DNA from: Octopus vulgaris
Lineage: Eukaryota
Assembly: GCA_951406725.2 (NCBI GenBank)
Contig: OX597821.1
Location: 41,292,001-41,356,000 of the forward strand
DNA length: 64,000 bases
Direction: 5' to 3'
Every line of letters begins with the position of its first letter. The stretch's first letter is position 1. A program made the position numbers and the translations under genes. Below the pieces are notes generated by a model that had not been told where the DNA came from, made no database searches, and worked only from the letters and a program-made list of their open reading frames with translations. Below, piece by piece: positions 12,125 to 26,312 of this stretch.

Positions 12125-12735
12125 TGCTAAACTCAAAGCAATTATGAAATATTTGTAGAAGAAAATTCAAAAAGAAGTCCTTGATTGTTTTATGCAAGCA
12201 TTAGATGACAAGTGCCACTCACCTGTAACGAAGTGACGTGGCAATTCTGAGTAAAGGTATTCTGTGACCAGAACGCAGTCTGGGACAACATCTTAGTGCC
12301 AGGTTACAAAATTGTTGTACAAGTCCATAATCTAACTTTGGTTAACAATGGATTAAATCATTTGCTGGAACATTAAAGATATGGAAAGTAATGGGTTTAT
12401 AATTCAGAGACATTTAGATGTGAAGAATCTGCCGGCCAAGCTGGTGCCAAAGTACTTGAATGCTGATCAGAAACCAAATTGGATTCTGTGAGAATTTCAG
12501 AGATTATTTAATATGTATTTGAAGTGACTCATCACTGTTGATAAAACTTTATTCTATCAGCAGGATCTGGAGACCAAACCACAATCAATGGACTGGCTGC
12601 ACTTGGGTTCTCTGCAGTTAAAGCGAATGAAAACCCAAGATTAAGCACTTTAGGGGAGGATAAAGACGGGATTTTGGTGACTGGACTATCTTGAGAAGGG
12701 CCAAACAGGGAATGCAGAATATTACTTTAATCTGC
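12125..12735 (+). mobile_element. Mariner transposase pseudogene fragment
   Basis: IIQRHLDVKNLPAKLVPKYLNADQK (WVPHEL-type motif), LITVDKT...DLETKPQSMDW, DKDGILV..DYLEKGQTGNAEYYFNLL; frameshifted. Confidence 0.85.
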
Positions 12736-12816
12736 TATGCCAACAAAAGGTGATCTAAATAATCATGATCATCATGACCATCATCATCATCATCATCATC
12801 ATCGTCGTCGTCGTCG

Positions 12817-12852
<36 letters not shown>

Positions 12853-13358
12853 ACAACAACAACAACAACAACAAAAATATACTTTGCTCTTTTTCATAGA
12901 ACTGCTGATAGCATTAAACAAAACTTATGCTATTACCATTGCATGTAAACTATTATTCTGTTAATAAATGTTACGTTTGTACGTGTGTGTACGTGTGTGT
13001 CTATGTGCATGTTTGTTTGTGTGAATTCATATTTCTCTTGTGTTTTCCAGTTTGTAAACAATGGTTTTCCTGTTGATTCTTTGGCTTGCAATTCTCCGTA
13101 AAAGCATGTCTAAGTTTCTTGACCTGTCTCAACATGTTGTACAATTTTTTGGAAATGAAGTAGATTATTTGATGTTGTTTGTTTCCAGTTCTCTACATAA
13201 AACATGTCCAGGCTGTTTGTTGCTCAATAAACTGAGAGGTTTTATCCTTTGCTTGAAAACAAATAGGGGTCAGTGGCAATAAGGACGTTTATTAGTTATT
13301 TCCATGCCATGAAGTACATAAGGCCACAACACAATCTCTTCAATTATCTCTGTCTTCT

Positions 13359-13589
13359 TATTTCTTTACTACCCACAAGGGGCTAAACACAGAAGGGACA
13401 AACAAGGACAGACAAACGGAGTAAGTCAACTACATCGACCCCAGTGCGTAACTGGTACTTAATTTATCGACCCCAAAAGGATGAAAGGCAAAGTTGACCT
13501 CGGTGGAATTTGAACTCAGAACATAGCAGCAGACGAAATACTGCAAAGCATTTCGCCCGGTGTGCCAACGATTCTGCCAACTCGCCGCC
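13359..13589 (-). mobile_element. Full-length SINE family A monomer with 15-bp TSD
   Basis: TSD ttatctctgtcttct at 13344-13358 and 13590-13604; head ggcggcgagttggcagaatcgttgg. Confidence 0.9.
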
Positions 13590-14872
13590 TTATCTCTGTC
13601 TTCTGCCACTGTCCTGGTCTCATTCCAGCTTTTTTATCCTTCTCATTTCCTTTCCTTGGCAAGAGTCCTTTGCCATATGGTTTTAGGGAAACTTCTTACT
13701 CTTTTCCCCTCAGGCTGTCACTTATAAAGGCATTTGGCCATAGCAGAACTCTGCCTCAATGTACTTATCTGACCCTTGCAAGCCATAGAAAAGTAGACAG
13801 TAAAACGATGCTGATGAGGATAATAAATACTCCATACTTCAATGAAAATATTTTATGTATTGTATTCCCTTCTAAATATCCAACTGTTGCCTTCTGTTAT
13901 ATTGTCATCAGGCTGTCCATGTTCTATAGGCTACGTTGCTCTCAGAATCGCATAACATCACCATTTCGCTTATAATGCTCCTTAGTCAATAGTATTCAAG
14001 AAACATTACAACTAAAATACTATTTCGTCAACATTAAGTTGTTAGCACTAAAATCAATACCACAGTGTCAACATTGCAATTAGAATTAACACTACCAACA
14101 TCACAAACAATAGCAAATTCTATTAAAATTCTCCTTCATTAAGAGAAGTGTTGTAACAACATTTAGAATTTTCTCATTATTTTCAGATTCCTAACATTTA
14201 GAATTTCCTTCTGAAAAAAAAAATATATATAAAAAAAATAATAAAATATAAATTTTTTTTTTATTTTTCATTTTCAAATTCCCATCAGTTATTTTCTAAA
14301 AATACCCACCCTAAGAAGCGTATTGATTCTCTTTTAGCTTCCTAGTTGAAGATAAATGTCATCTTTTTAATGAAATAATGGGATTTAAAAGAACTGAACA
14401 AATCTTGTTTAGATTTTTATATTTTGTTGTTGTTGTTCTGTTGCTGTCAGAAACATTAGATATTGTTTCTTTGCTGCTTGAACTAACTAGAGAGAACTAA
14501 AGATTCCTTTCAAGTTCCATTTTAGGCGAGTATCAAAGACTACAGTAGTAATTCATCGACCCATCATTAAGTGATCATACCATCCTTGTTCATGTTTTTA
14601 TAAAAATTTACAACTTAAAATCAGCTCGCTGAAAAATGAAGAACTGTGATTTGATTGCATAAGGTGGGAATGTTGGAATAAATTGGGAGTAGTGAATAAA
14701 GTATTCGACCATAAACTAATGGGTTACAAGTTCAAATTTGTTGCAGACATTTTATTGTTTGTCTGGTCTCAACATTTAATCCTACCATGCATCAGTTCTC
14801 TTCAATGTAGTTAAACTGGAACTAAATCATCTGGAAATGTTACAAACACAATGGAATAGTGTCCTATTTTAG

Positions 14873-14986
<114 letters not shown>

Positions 14987-15135
14987 AATATATATGTATG
15001 TATATATATGCCATTTACACCACACAACAAACCATGGAGCTAAGGTAGCAGCTTTATGAGTACATATGACTTTTATAGATTTATATCATGTTAGTAACAA
15101 AATTAGGTTCATACAGAAATTTTAGAAATATTTAT

Positions 15136-15174
<39 letters not shown>

Positions 15175-15212
15175 ATGTGTGTGTGTGTGTGAGTGTATGT
15201 ATATGTATATAC

Positions 15213-15373
15213 CTTTACAATTTGAGAAATTCAGGAAAAATAAAGGATAACTCAGTAGAATTTATTGGAAAATATAGGCAAATAAAGTTTTATTGAAAAC
15301 ATCAGAACACTTCCACACAATCTGCTGGGTTATCCATTCTTTTTTTGTTGGCTGAATTTTTCAAATTGTAAAG
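15213..15373. repeat. Inverted-repeat element (~47-53-bp arms) in microsatellite DNA
   Basis: ctttacaatttgagaaattcag...ggataactcagtaga versus tctgctgggttatcc...ctgaatttttcaaattgtaaag. Confidence 0.75.
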
Positions 15374-15989
15374 CTAATTCATGAACACCATGTGTGTGTG
15401 CGTGTATATATATGTGTGTGTGTGTGTGTGTATGTGTGTGTGCGTGTGTGTGTGTATATATGTATATGTGTGTGTGGTGTGTGTGTGTATAAACAATATA
15501 TAAATGCTATGTGTGGAAGGTAAGATTTAAAATTTCTTTTCAATCTTTTCATGATTTTGTCCCAAGAAAGATGGAAATACGAAGAGAACTTTCTAGAGCT
15601 TTCAAAATTGGTGGAACAAAGTATGTTAACCATCTTTAGATCAGGGACCAAACCTAGATGATTGAAATAGGTTGGCACTCTGCTAAAGAAACCCAATGTC
15701 AAGTGGTGGAATGAAACCAGGTAACCATGGACCTAGAAAAAGATCATTTTTGCTTGATCTTTCACTCATTTTCCGTGTGTTTTTCTTGCTGGCGAGGGTT
15801 AGACAAGTTTATTACTGAACCATTGTTTTACAGCTGAATGACCTTCCTGTTGCTAACACTTCAATGTTTCACAAGTAAAGAATATTGCACTTCACATGTC
15901 TTCAATAATGTGAAGGTAATAAATGATTTATTGGCAGAAGAAATGGCAACAGTAGCAGCACTTAGAGCAAGCAGTTTCCATTGAGTACA

Positions 15990-16700
15990 AATGTAAATAC
16001 ACACACAGATGCAAAAATGCATGCAGATTGCACACACATGCACATACACATGCAAACAACCATGCACATACAAGCATACACACACATGCACTCACACATG
16101 CATCCACACATGCATGCACACACACATACACTCACACATGCATCCACACATGCATGCACACACACATGCACACAGATAAATGCATACACACACATGCACA
16201 CACACATACACCCACACATGCACCCACACATGTATGCACACACATGCACACAGATAAATGCACACACACACATGCATACATACATGCATACCCACACATG
16301 CTTACACACACATGCACACAGATTAATGCATATACACATATGCACTGAGATAAATCCATACACACACATGCACACACACATATGCACACACATGCATACA
16401 CACATGCACATATGCATACACACACATGCAGACAGCTAAATGCATACACACATATGCACACACATACACTCCACATGCACCCACAAATGCATGCACACAC
16501 ATGCATACAGTAAATGCATACATACACCTGCACACACACATGCATGCATACATGCATACACACACATGCACATAAGCATACATACATGCATACACACACA
16601 TGCACATAAGCATACATACATGCATACACACACATGCAGACAGATAAATGCATACACACACTTGCACACACATGCACACACACATACACACTTGAGTACA
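15990..16700. repeat. Purine-pyrimidine-alternating (CA/CATG) minisatellite
   Basis: Recurring cacacatgca and cacagataaatgcatacaca units. Confidence 0.9.
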
Positions 16701-17719
16701 TATGTATGACAGTCCTCTTTTAGTTTTCACCTTTCAAATTTGTTGACAAGGTTTTGGCCATCCAGCGGGTCAAGTTGAAGACACTTGCTGAAGGTACCAC
16801 ACAGCTGATGTATTAATACAGGTTCATACTGTTTTGAATTAATCATGCATTATCTCATAACTTTATGATTTCAATGATGGGATTGTGGATTTTTAGAATA
16901 ACATTATAGAGTATATGTGAAAGGTTGGATCTAATTGATCTGAAAAGGAAACAGGTAGAATATTCAGGTTAGACACAGCCAGATTAAATGCAAAATTGCT
17001 AAACCATATTAAATGACAGCAATTCCATGACTACAGGAAGAGGACTTTGATAAACAGTGCTACATGATTCCAAATAGCTATTATAATGCCATAAGGACTA
17101 TGACTTTGGCATAAAGGTAAGTTTCCTGGGGTTCTTTGATACAAATGTTTTATAGTGTTTTTTTTAGTCCTTCCAAATTGGTTATGTTATATTATTGTCT
17201 TATTCCAGAGGAAGCTGAAACAAATCTGGCCTGTTTTCAATTGATGCAAAATTTACCAATATTTTTGTGATGTAATTCAAGGTTGATATTTTAATCAGGA
17301 AATTGATTTTCTCGGAATTCCTTGATTTTTTTTAACAAGTCGTTCTGTCATCAAAAACAGCAACAAATTTAAATTAAATCCATACCTTTGCAACCATATC
17401 ATACATGATATGTTTAATCAAAAATACAATGTTTAAAACATTAATGCAACAAAAACATTCTGCTTGAATATTCAGAAACATCAAATAGCTATTTGAAAAT
17501 GTTCCAAGAATTTGAAAAAAAAATCTTGTGAATTCCCATTGCTATTACTATTCAAATTTTTACAATTTCCAATATGAGACTAGAAAAATTTATTGAACTA
17601 ATTTTGATGTGTATGTATATTATTATTTAAAAACTTAGTTAATTCCACCCTGGAGGAAACCATTTTGAATTTCACTTGGAACCTAGACTCATAGCGTATA
17701 GAAATTATGATGCTAAGAC

Positions 17720-18335
17720 ATTTAGTCCTTTTGTTACCATATTTCAGTTGATATACCTTACTTAATTCTAAAAATAATGAAGAACTAGCAATAACACCTG
17801 GCGTTGCTCAGGTTTATTTCAACCCTTTAGAATTGGAATTTTTGAAAAGTAAAAATTTTGCATTCGAAAAATGGCGATGCAGCAGTAAAGAAATCGTAAA
17901 AATTAGGGATTTTCATATAAAAAAATTAACCTTTTTGATGTAAATAATTTTTGGTGTTAACATAGGCTACCAAACCTGCCATACACAGACAACTTCAGCT
18001 TTATATATAGAGAGATTTAATAACATAATTCTGTCATTATTAAGCTGGTATTTGAAACACAAATTAACATGAAATTTTGATGGAAGGTTTTCATTTTGAC
18101 CCCGTTAACTGTTTCATTTACCATATTTCTGCTGAAATACACCGTCTTTGTTTCAATTTATTTTGAAAGTAATGAAGACTTTAGTAAAATGACTCTGTTG
18201 TATTATTAAGCTGACACTTGGAATATAAATTAACATGAAATTTTGATGGAAAGTTTTTAGATAACTTTAAAATGAGGGTTTTGTATTATAGATGCAGGAT
18301 GAGTCTCACATGGATTGATGACAATTGAGTTAAAA
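17720..18335 (+). mobile_element. Two tandem copies of an AT-rich MITE-like repeat (possibly TTAA/piggyBac-type); first copy interrupted by a Helitron
   Basis: Both share ttaccatatttc...aatgaaga...attattaagctg...aaattaacatgaaatttt; related reverse copies at 44905-45275 and 57130-57767. Confidence 0.6.
17785..18015 (-). mobile_element. Non-autonomous Helitron (231 bp)
   Basis: Minus strand 5' TCtctctatatataaagctgaagttgtctg; 3' hairpin cctgagcaacgccagg then ctag; inserted between A and T. Confidence 0.85.
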
Positions 18336-18345
18336 TATTGGAGAC

Positions 18346-18377
<32 letters not shown>

Positions 18378-19375
18378 CTTCTTTGATAATGCAAAAGCCT
18401 AATGGTAAACTAAGTCAACAGAAGAGGAAGCAAGAGGATGGTGAGAAGAAGGAGAAGGAGAAGAGGGAGGAGAAGGACAAGGGGGTGAGAAGGAGAAGGG
18501 GAAGAGAAGGAGAAGGGGAGGAGAAGGACAAGGGGAAGAGAAGGAGAAGGATGAGGATGGACAAGAAAACAAGAACAAGAACAACAAAAGCAAGAACAAA
18601 GACAGGAGGTGGAGGGTATTTCACAACATTTTTTTTCTTTTTTTTGTATTTGAAAAGCTTGGTTGATACTAACAAACAGTTGAACATACTATTAGAAAAG
18701 CAATTTATAAATATAATCAATCGTTCCTGAAATCCAGTAGAAAACTTTATATTTCCCCAGAACACATTGATGCTCTGTGATGGTGGAAGTCAGTTGAATA
18801 TAAAAACAAAAGATGAAGAATTTTATGTCAAGAGAAGATTAAATATCAAAAGTTTTGTACAGAGGCATCACTTTTCATTTGGCATTGTTGTAATTATTTC
18901 CCAGACATACAGCATACTCCCATTTCTGTTTGTTATTTCAGAATTTCGTATGTTTCATAAATTCTTTATTAGACACACAAACTTGTTGCAATTTGATAAA
19001 CATTCAAAGTTACTTTAACTGTTGTAACATAAAATATTTAAATAAAATTGCCTTCTGGGGTAAATTTTATAGTGTGTGTGTGTGTATGTGTGTGTGTGTG
19101 ATGCAAAGAAATAGGTACTTTGATTACCACATCAAATGATATGGAACAATGAGAAATTGCTCTTAAGGTAAGTAATTACCTGGTATTTCACTCAACAGGT
19201 AAATCCTGAATCAGCTTCTTTGGATTTTACGCAGCAAACAGGGTTTATAGTCAAGATATTATCAATAAGAAAGGAGAATTATACATCCTCAAAAGCTTGT
19301 TTATTACAGTACTATACACAATACATTCATTTTACGTGTGTGTGTGTGTCCATATATATATATATATATGGACAC

Positions 19376-19419
<44 letters not shown>

Positions 19420-19939
19420 TGTATGGATATATGTCACATATACACTCACATATACATTTGATATGATAATTCTAAATATGTTTCTATCTCTGCTCAACAA
19501 CTAAACATATGACATCACAGAAACAGCATCTGTTTTGCTATTCTTATTAATAATTCATTTCAATTTTTCTTTCTTCTTATTAATTCATTTGCCATTCACA
19601 TTAAAATGTTTCACTATCTATTTATCTATCTATCAATCTGTTTATCTGTCAGTCACATACTCCCTCTCTCCATCACTTTCTACACACCCACACACACACA
19701 CACACACACACACATACATATACATACAGAAACCCCTTAAGCATTTAAATGACAAATAGAAAATTAATATTTTGTTACAATTTTCTTTTTATAGCTTTTT
19801 AATATTATCATTGCTGTTTTGTTGTAACAATGTTTTCATCTATATATATGTACACATGTCTGTCTTTGTAGATATATATATATATATATGGGTATGTGAG
19901 TGCATGCTTGTTTGTGTGTATATGAATATATATATATAT

Positions 19940-20090
19940 CATCATCATCGTTTAACGTCCGCTTTCCATGCTAGCATGGGTTGGACGGTTCGACTGGGGT
20001 CTGAGAAGCCAGGAGGCTGCACCAGGCCCAGTCTGATCTGGCAGTGTTTCTACAGCTGGATGCCCTTCCTAACACCAACCACTCTGTGAG
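19940..20090 (-). mobile_element. RTE 3' end
   Basis: catcatcgtttaacgtccgctttccatgctagcatggg...ggatgcccttcctaac. Confidence 0.85.
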
Positions 20091-20141
20091 TATATATACA
20101 TATATATAAAAACTTACTTGGAGGAAAGAAACGAAACGATG

Positions 20142-20175
<34 letters not shown>

Positions 20176-20179
<4 letters not shown>

Positions 20180-20357
20180 GGAGAATTCACAAAGAAACAA
20201 AAGACGAAGACAGGTGGTGTAGACAACAAACAGATGTATTAGTATAAAGGTTGGGAAGTGAAAAAGTCTTTAAGGTTTCGAGACTACGCTCTTCCACAGA
20301 AAGAAACAAGGAAAGAAAATAAAGAATGTGTAGTAGCTAGTGATCTATCATGGCGAA
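20176..20357 (-). mobile_element. Family P1 small element with hammerhead-like topology at 20267-20304
   Basis: Minus: tcttt ctgtgga a gagc-gtag-tctc GAAA cctt aaaga; abuts (TA)n; three copies in window. Confidence 0.65.
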
Positions 20358-20808
20358 GTATATAAATAACTACTTAATTTACTGGAAAGTTCTAGAAGTT
20401 TCTACAACATTCATGAGAATTCTTGAAAGGTCATGAAAACTCCCTTTCAGCAACTCACCACTAAATCTATCTGGAGTGTTCTGTAAAATAGATAAATTTC
20501 AAAGAATCGTTACCAAGGTTATAAAAGCAAAGTTTGAAGACAATAGAAGCCATTACATACATTTTAGACACATGCAATAAAAAAAAATAAACACTAAATG
20601 CCCAGGTACAAAAATAGGAAACATTTTATTGCCCAGTAATTCTATTGACAGTGAATTAAAAGTTTTTCCAGGTATATGACTTTTCCAAATTGCATATAAC
20701 TTAATTAAGTCCTACACCCAATCAAACTTTAAACAGTCATTAAAATAATTTAAATACACACACACACGCTCATATATGTACATATATACATACATATCAT
20801 ACATATTG

Positions 20809-20861
<53 letters not shown>

Positions 20862-20947
20862 TTCAGCAAAAATTTAGATTCAGATGAATATGGTACTTAA
20901 GTTAAAGGCACCAGAATTTGCTATGGTATTATCCATATAATCAAAGG

Positions 20948-20983
<36 letters not shown>

Positions 20984-22114
20984 CAAGGTGTCTGTGCCTG
21001 GGTGGTGCACAACACACAAATGCACATACATTCCCACACATTTATACACACACAATAATCCCCATATGCTATAATATGCAGATAAGCATGCACAAACACA
21101 GGTAAAAAATTCTGGTATTTAAGCAGCCTTACATAAAATTCTTGCCTGTAAAGCTATTGCGAACTTACAGAAGTGGACAAAAGTACAAAGTGCAGTGAGA
21201 GATCAAAGGAAATATAGAAGCCAGCGTGTACAGTGGTAGGAAGAATAAAGTTAAAGAAACTGTAATATGCTGAATAAGAGAATAAACCAGTTTCGAGAAA
21301 TATGTGTAGAAAGGTGGTTAATAATGAGTTAGAAGTTAATGTGTACGACATCAAAAATGAAGAATTAAGCAACTGCAAATGAGCAAGAGAGTTTTATTTT
21401 ACATTGAAGTAACATTGGTTGAGGTAAATTAAAAAGAAGCTGAAGGATATTAATGTCCAGACATAGTGAACTTTCTGCTTAATGAGTATAAATTATTGAA
21501 ACTAAATAAGATAGATTGTAGAGAAAAAAGGTATTAGTAAGATAGATTAATTTAGCAAACTTAGCACATGATGGTCGATCAAAATGGGTATGGCCATCAG
21601 TTTGTGTCACAGACATGACATGAGATATTTTAAAGATGGTTTTAGGTTATTAGAGTACAAAGAATCTTTGAGTAATGGACAGACATGTGTTAAGTAAAAA
21701 GTTTTACTAAAATTGATTGGAAAGACAGAATGGATTTAGTAAGGTTAATCATGGAGAAAGTAAGGTAATTAGTAATGAATGAAAACATTATAAATATTAA
21801 TGAGCTTAGAGATTTAATGTGTGGAGAAGGTGGTATAAACATCTAACAGCTGTGACCAGGAAGCAAACAAATAACTGTCAAGGATTGGAAATGATTGGAA
21901 GCTTTGAAAGTTATGTGGTTACAAGAAATTAGTCTTTCAGTGTCGGTTAAGTATGGCATTCATGGAAGACAGAATTTCAAAGGGTTTTGTCATACGTGTG
22001 GGAAATATGATTTTTGTTGCCCAATGTATGATCGATACATCGAGTACAAAGTCAAAACTTTTTTTTACCTCGTTTTAAAATGAACATATATTACAGCAAT
22101 TATATATGTGTATG

Positions 22115-22152
<38 letters not shown>

Positions 22153-22314
22153 TATATGGGTACAGGACGTCATCAACTGTGTAAACAACAGGAAATACGT
22201 AGACAAACAAGTTAAATATATAAACAATGAAAGACAGAAAAAATGTCAAAAAGACAGGTCGGTTCCTCTCCAATTTGTTGTAAATTTTTAAATATATCTC
22301 CTTCTGTGTGTATA

Positions 22315-22361
<47 letters not shown>

Positions 22362-22544
22362 TACCAAACAAACATGATTTTTATTGAACTCCTAATACTT
22401 TTCACTGAATACTTTCTTAAATACTTTCTTGTAAAGTGTTTTTTACATTTTCTTATTATTATCAAAGAATGTATATATGTATTTTAATATTTTTGTGACA
22501 ACCAGTATTTAACACAACAAAGCTTATACAAAGCTTTACATTTT

Positions 22545-22586
22545 ACTTTTGACAATCTTTTTCTAAAAAGGTGAAACCGGTCAAGT
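22545..22586 (+). ncRNA. Degenerate minimal hammerhead motif
   Basis: actt ttgacaa tcttttt-ct-aaaaagg t GAAA CCGGTC aagt; stems I and II and ACCGGU palindrome intact, core has two mismatches to CUGANGA. Confidence 0.4.
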
Positions 22587-23059
22587 GAATAAACATCTTT
22601 TAAAATTGCATTTTCAAACCTTCTTTCATATATATACATACATATATATATGTGTGTGTGTGTGTATGTTTGGTGTTGTTATTCGATGTTGTTGAAAAGC
22701 CGGTCACTATGTACCCAGAACAGTGGCCTTTGACCTCCTAAGGCACTAAAAACTGGAGACAAGATTCTTTCTGTACCAAAAACAAGGCATGAAAGCACAC
22801 ACACACACACACAGAAGTTTGTGAGTGTGTATCTATCTATGTACAGAGAGGTAGAAAAAAAGATATACCGTTAGTTTTTTTATGTTTTATTTTAGAACCA
22901 TCACAGCAGAGTCTGCTGTGATGATTCAAAAATTCAACAAGCTGTAAGGGACTCTATTTTTGCAGATAATAAAGGTGCGTAGATTATGAATTTTGATTGA
23001 AGAGATGGGGCCTCGAAAGAAAAAGTTGCAGGGGTCCTCTAAAAGTCATGCGACAACCT

Positions 23060-23460
23060 TGTAGACATCCCTACATGACTGCAGAGTAATGACCGATAGA
23101 TTCTACAAAAAGACACACACTAATTTTTTGAAATTTAACTCTTGCCATCCTTCACATATCAAACAAAACATTCTGTAGAATTATGACAAGATGTATTTCT
23201 GCAAGAGTGGTGAACCCTAAATCATGACAAATTCAATTTAATGAAATTCAAGGCTTCCTACAACCCCAAAACCACCCCTTGAAATTAATAAACAATGGGA
23301 TTATAAAAGCAATGAAATGAGACGTTGTAGAACTGAAGATGCCGAGGAGAAAAGTTGAGGAAAATCCTCTTTCATTTGTCAATGCACACAATCCAGGGAT
23401 GATCAACATATTCCATGCTATAAAAACAAATCTTAGTGACACATTTTCAAAATCTCAAAT
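23060..23460 (+). mobile_element. Penelope-like element RT C-terminus/linker pseudogene fragment
   Basis: TDRFYKKTHT...FNSCHPSHIKQNI (TDxYxKxT...S.HP.H.K motif) and LINNGIIKA...PLSFVNAHNP...NIFHAIKTNL. Confidence 0.65.
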
Positions 23461-23554
23461 CAATAAAAAAAAAAACAATTAGGAAACATCTCACAGGGGC
23501 AGAATTCCCATCAAGGGATAATTCTGAATTCTCTGTGAATGACTGTAGAGACAA

Positions 23555-23810
23555 TCATCATCATCGTTTATCTTCCGCTTTCCATGCTGGCATGGGTTGG
23601 ACGGTTTGACTGAGGGCTGGCGAGCCATAAGTCTGCACCAGTCTCCAATCTGATCTGACAAAGTTTCTACAGCTGGATGCCCTACCTAATGCCAACCACT
23701 CTGAGAGTGTAGTGGGTGCTCTTACATGCCACCGGCATGAGAGCTAGTCTGGCAGTACTGGCATCAACCACACTCAAATGGTACTTTTTACATGCCATCT
23801 GCACAGGAGC
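23555..23810 (-). mobile_element. RTE 3' end
   Basis: Family tail hairpin and 3'UTR modules. Confidence 0.8.
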
Positions 23811-24748
23811 AATAGATGTGGAATATTCAGTAACAATAACAATTTCAGATATTTGGATACTGGTTCTTATATAAAATTCTTTTAAAAAAAAGTGGATTCT
23901 TGCTTCCCCAATAAACACAAACATGGTCTGTAAAACACAGAAGCTAATATACTGCTTAATCTACACCAATTCCAAAGAGAATTATATCAGTGGGACTGGA
24001 AACTCCTTTTGTCAATCTGCTAGAATTCATAGACAACATGTTAAACAAGTGAAATTATGAAAAATCTCACTGAACAAACATCTAGAAATACATGAAAACA
24101 TCAGATTCAAGATTTTTCCTTCCTATAAATGCCTGGAGGATGAGCCAAATACCAGAAAGAAATGGAAATACATTTTATAAAGAGGTTTTCACCAAAACTA
24201 AATGTGTAAAAAGTATATTTATGAAAAAGATGGGAAATTTTTATTAAAAAAATCATTTTTCCAGATGAACCAAACCAAATAATCACAGGATAGTATTAAT
24301 GATGTTCATACTGCTGTTACAAAAAGGATTGGAAAAATTAAATCTTAAGCAATCAACACACACATACACACATACATACTCACACACACACATATGTATT
24401 TAAAAACCTTCCCAAACAATTTGGTGAAAATACTAAAGTTAGGGAAAAACCCTGTCAGCTATTCAATCACTAAAAGCAACAATTTGTTGTAATTGATGAA
24501 AAGTTTGACCTCTTCTGACCTGTCATCAAATCAACCATCCCAGAAAACAACACTTTATTTATTTATTTTTTTCATTTTTTCTTCTCCAAAAATCTCTCAT
24601 ATATGCTTTGTTTAAAAACTCACCACACACACATATACACACATTAACAGATTCAAATTGGCGAAGAACATCTCAGATAACCATTCCTAAAATATTCTTT
24701 TCCAAAACCCAAGAACACAAATCAAACTCTTGATCTTTTCAACATACT

Positions 24749-24782
<34 letters not shown>

Positions 24783-24933
24783 GGAAATACATTTTCAACA
24801 AGTTACAATTCATGATGAAACCTTGAAGTGGCTGGAAGCACTAAAATAATTATCCAAATCCTGACGGCTTTCGTCTGTTGATATATAAAACTTGTACACG
24901 ACTACAAACAATACGTACATATAATATATATAT

Positions 24934-24944
24934 GTAGATCGATG

Positions 24945-25011
<67 letters not shown>

Positions 25012-25240
25012 GAATAGATAGGTAGATAGATAGATGGATGGCTGGATAGATGGATGGATGGATGGATGGATGGATGGATAGACAGACAGACAAACAGACA
25101 AACAGACAGATGGACAGACAGACAGACAGACAAGCAGGCAGGCAGGCAGACAGACAGGCAGGCAGTCAGGCAGGCAGGCAGGCTGGCAGATAGATAGAGA
25201 GAGAGAGAGAGAGAGATGCATAGATGGAAAGATGGATAGA

Positions 25241-25273
<33 letters not shown>

Positions 25274-25280
25274 TACATAC

Positions 25281-25369
<89 letters not shown>

Positions 25370-25370
25370 C
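24934..25370. repeat. Compound tetranucleotide array (GATA/GATG/GACA/GGCA)
   Basis: Direct reading. Confidence 0.95.
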
Positions 25371-26197
25371 GGATATAGATATATAGCTATCTTAATGTAT
25401 CTATATGTATATTCAACTACTTAAGCCATAAAAAAAATTGACTTCATTACATGCTTTGAAACTTATTAAGAAGTTAAGTCTGGTCAATTTGAAAGCATTA
25501 AGCCAAGTCACTTATGTCGACTTCAGATCTTAAATCCATCTAAAATCCACATTAATCTTACCCTGCACACTTCCTTTTTGTTGTGTCTGTAAATGCATGT
25601 GATGTGCTCTGTGCATCTTATATATTTATTACACTGATGTAAGTACAATACGTCTGACATTAAATGAATTACATTCTTCTATTACAAATTCATAGAGCAG
25701 AAATAAATTTTGACTTGAGATACTTTACTAACTAGGTTTTAAAAGATTCAAACTGTAATAACCAAAATAATTGACTAAACATCATATTCTAGTTTGGCTT
25801 CATGTTCCTGTGTCTCCACGTGAGGCATTGCATAATCTTTCTTTTTCACCTGGCACAATTTTCTTATCATTAGAATCTTAATCTATAGACGCAAGTGATC
25901 TGTTTTTACCTTCAACTTATTTTAAACCACACTCTCTAAACACTTGTCCCTAATGGTTACAGGCTTCCAGTGCACCTAGCACTGCCTCTCTATATTTTAC
26001 GATGGTAAGATTCATAATGGAGGATCTCACTTTTGGTTTGGAAATATTATTTCAAAAAATTTTGTTCTTAAAGAGTTATTCTTGTTTTGCTTGCTTTTAT
26101 TATGTACATTATCATTGATGGTTATAAGCATTCACGAATATTATACACACATTCATACCCAAGCAACATACACATATTTATTGCTATACATACACCT

Positions 26198-26234
<37 letters not shown>

Positions 26235-26312
26235 ATATAGGATAAAATTTTCAAAAAATTTTATCACTGGCCAGCATATAAAAAAATACCTTTTAAGGTG
26301 AAAATTATAAAC

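Noticed and set aside
20370-20560. LTR-like block with ttctagaa words and tataaaag
   Set aside because: No TG...CA ends, TSD or second copy
21130-22060. Possible CR1-like relic on the minus strand
   Set aside because: One weak motif (PY...ERL) only
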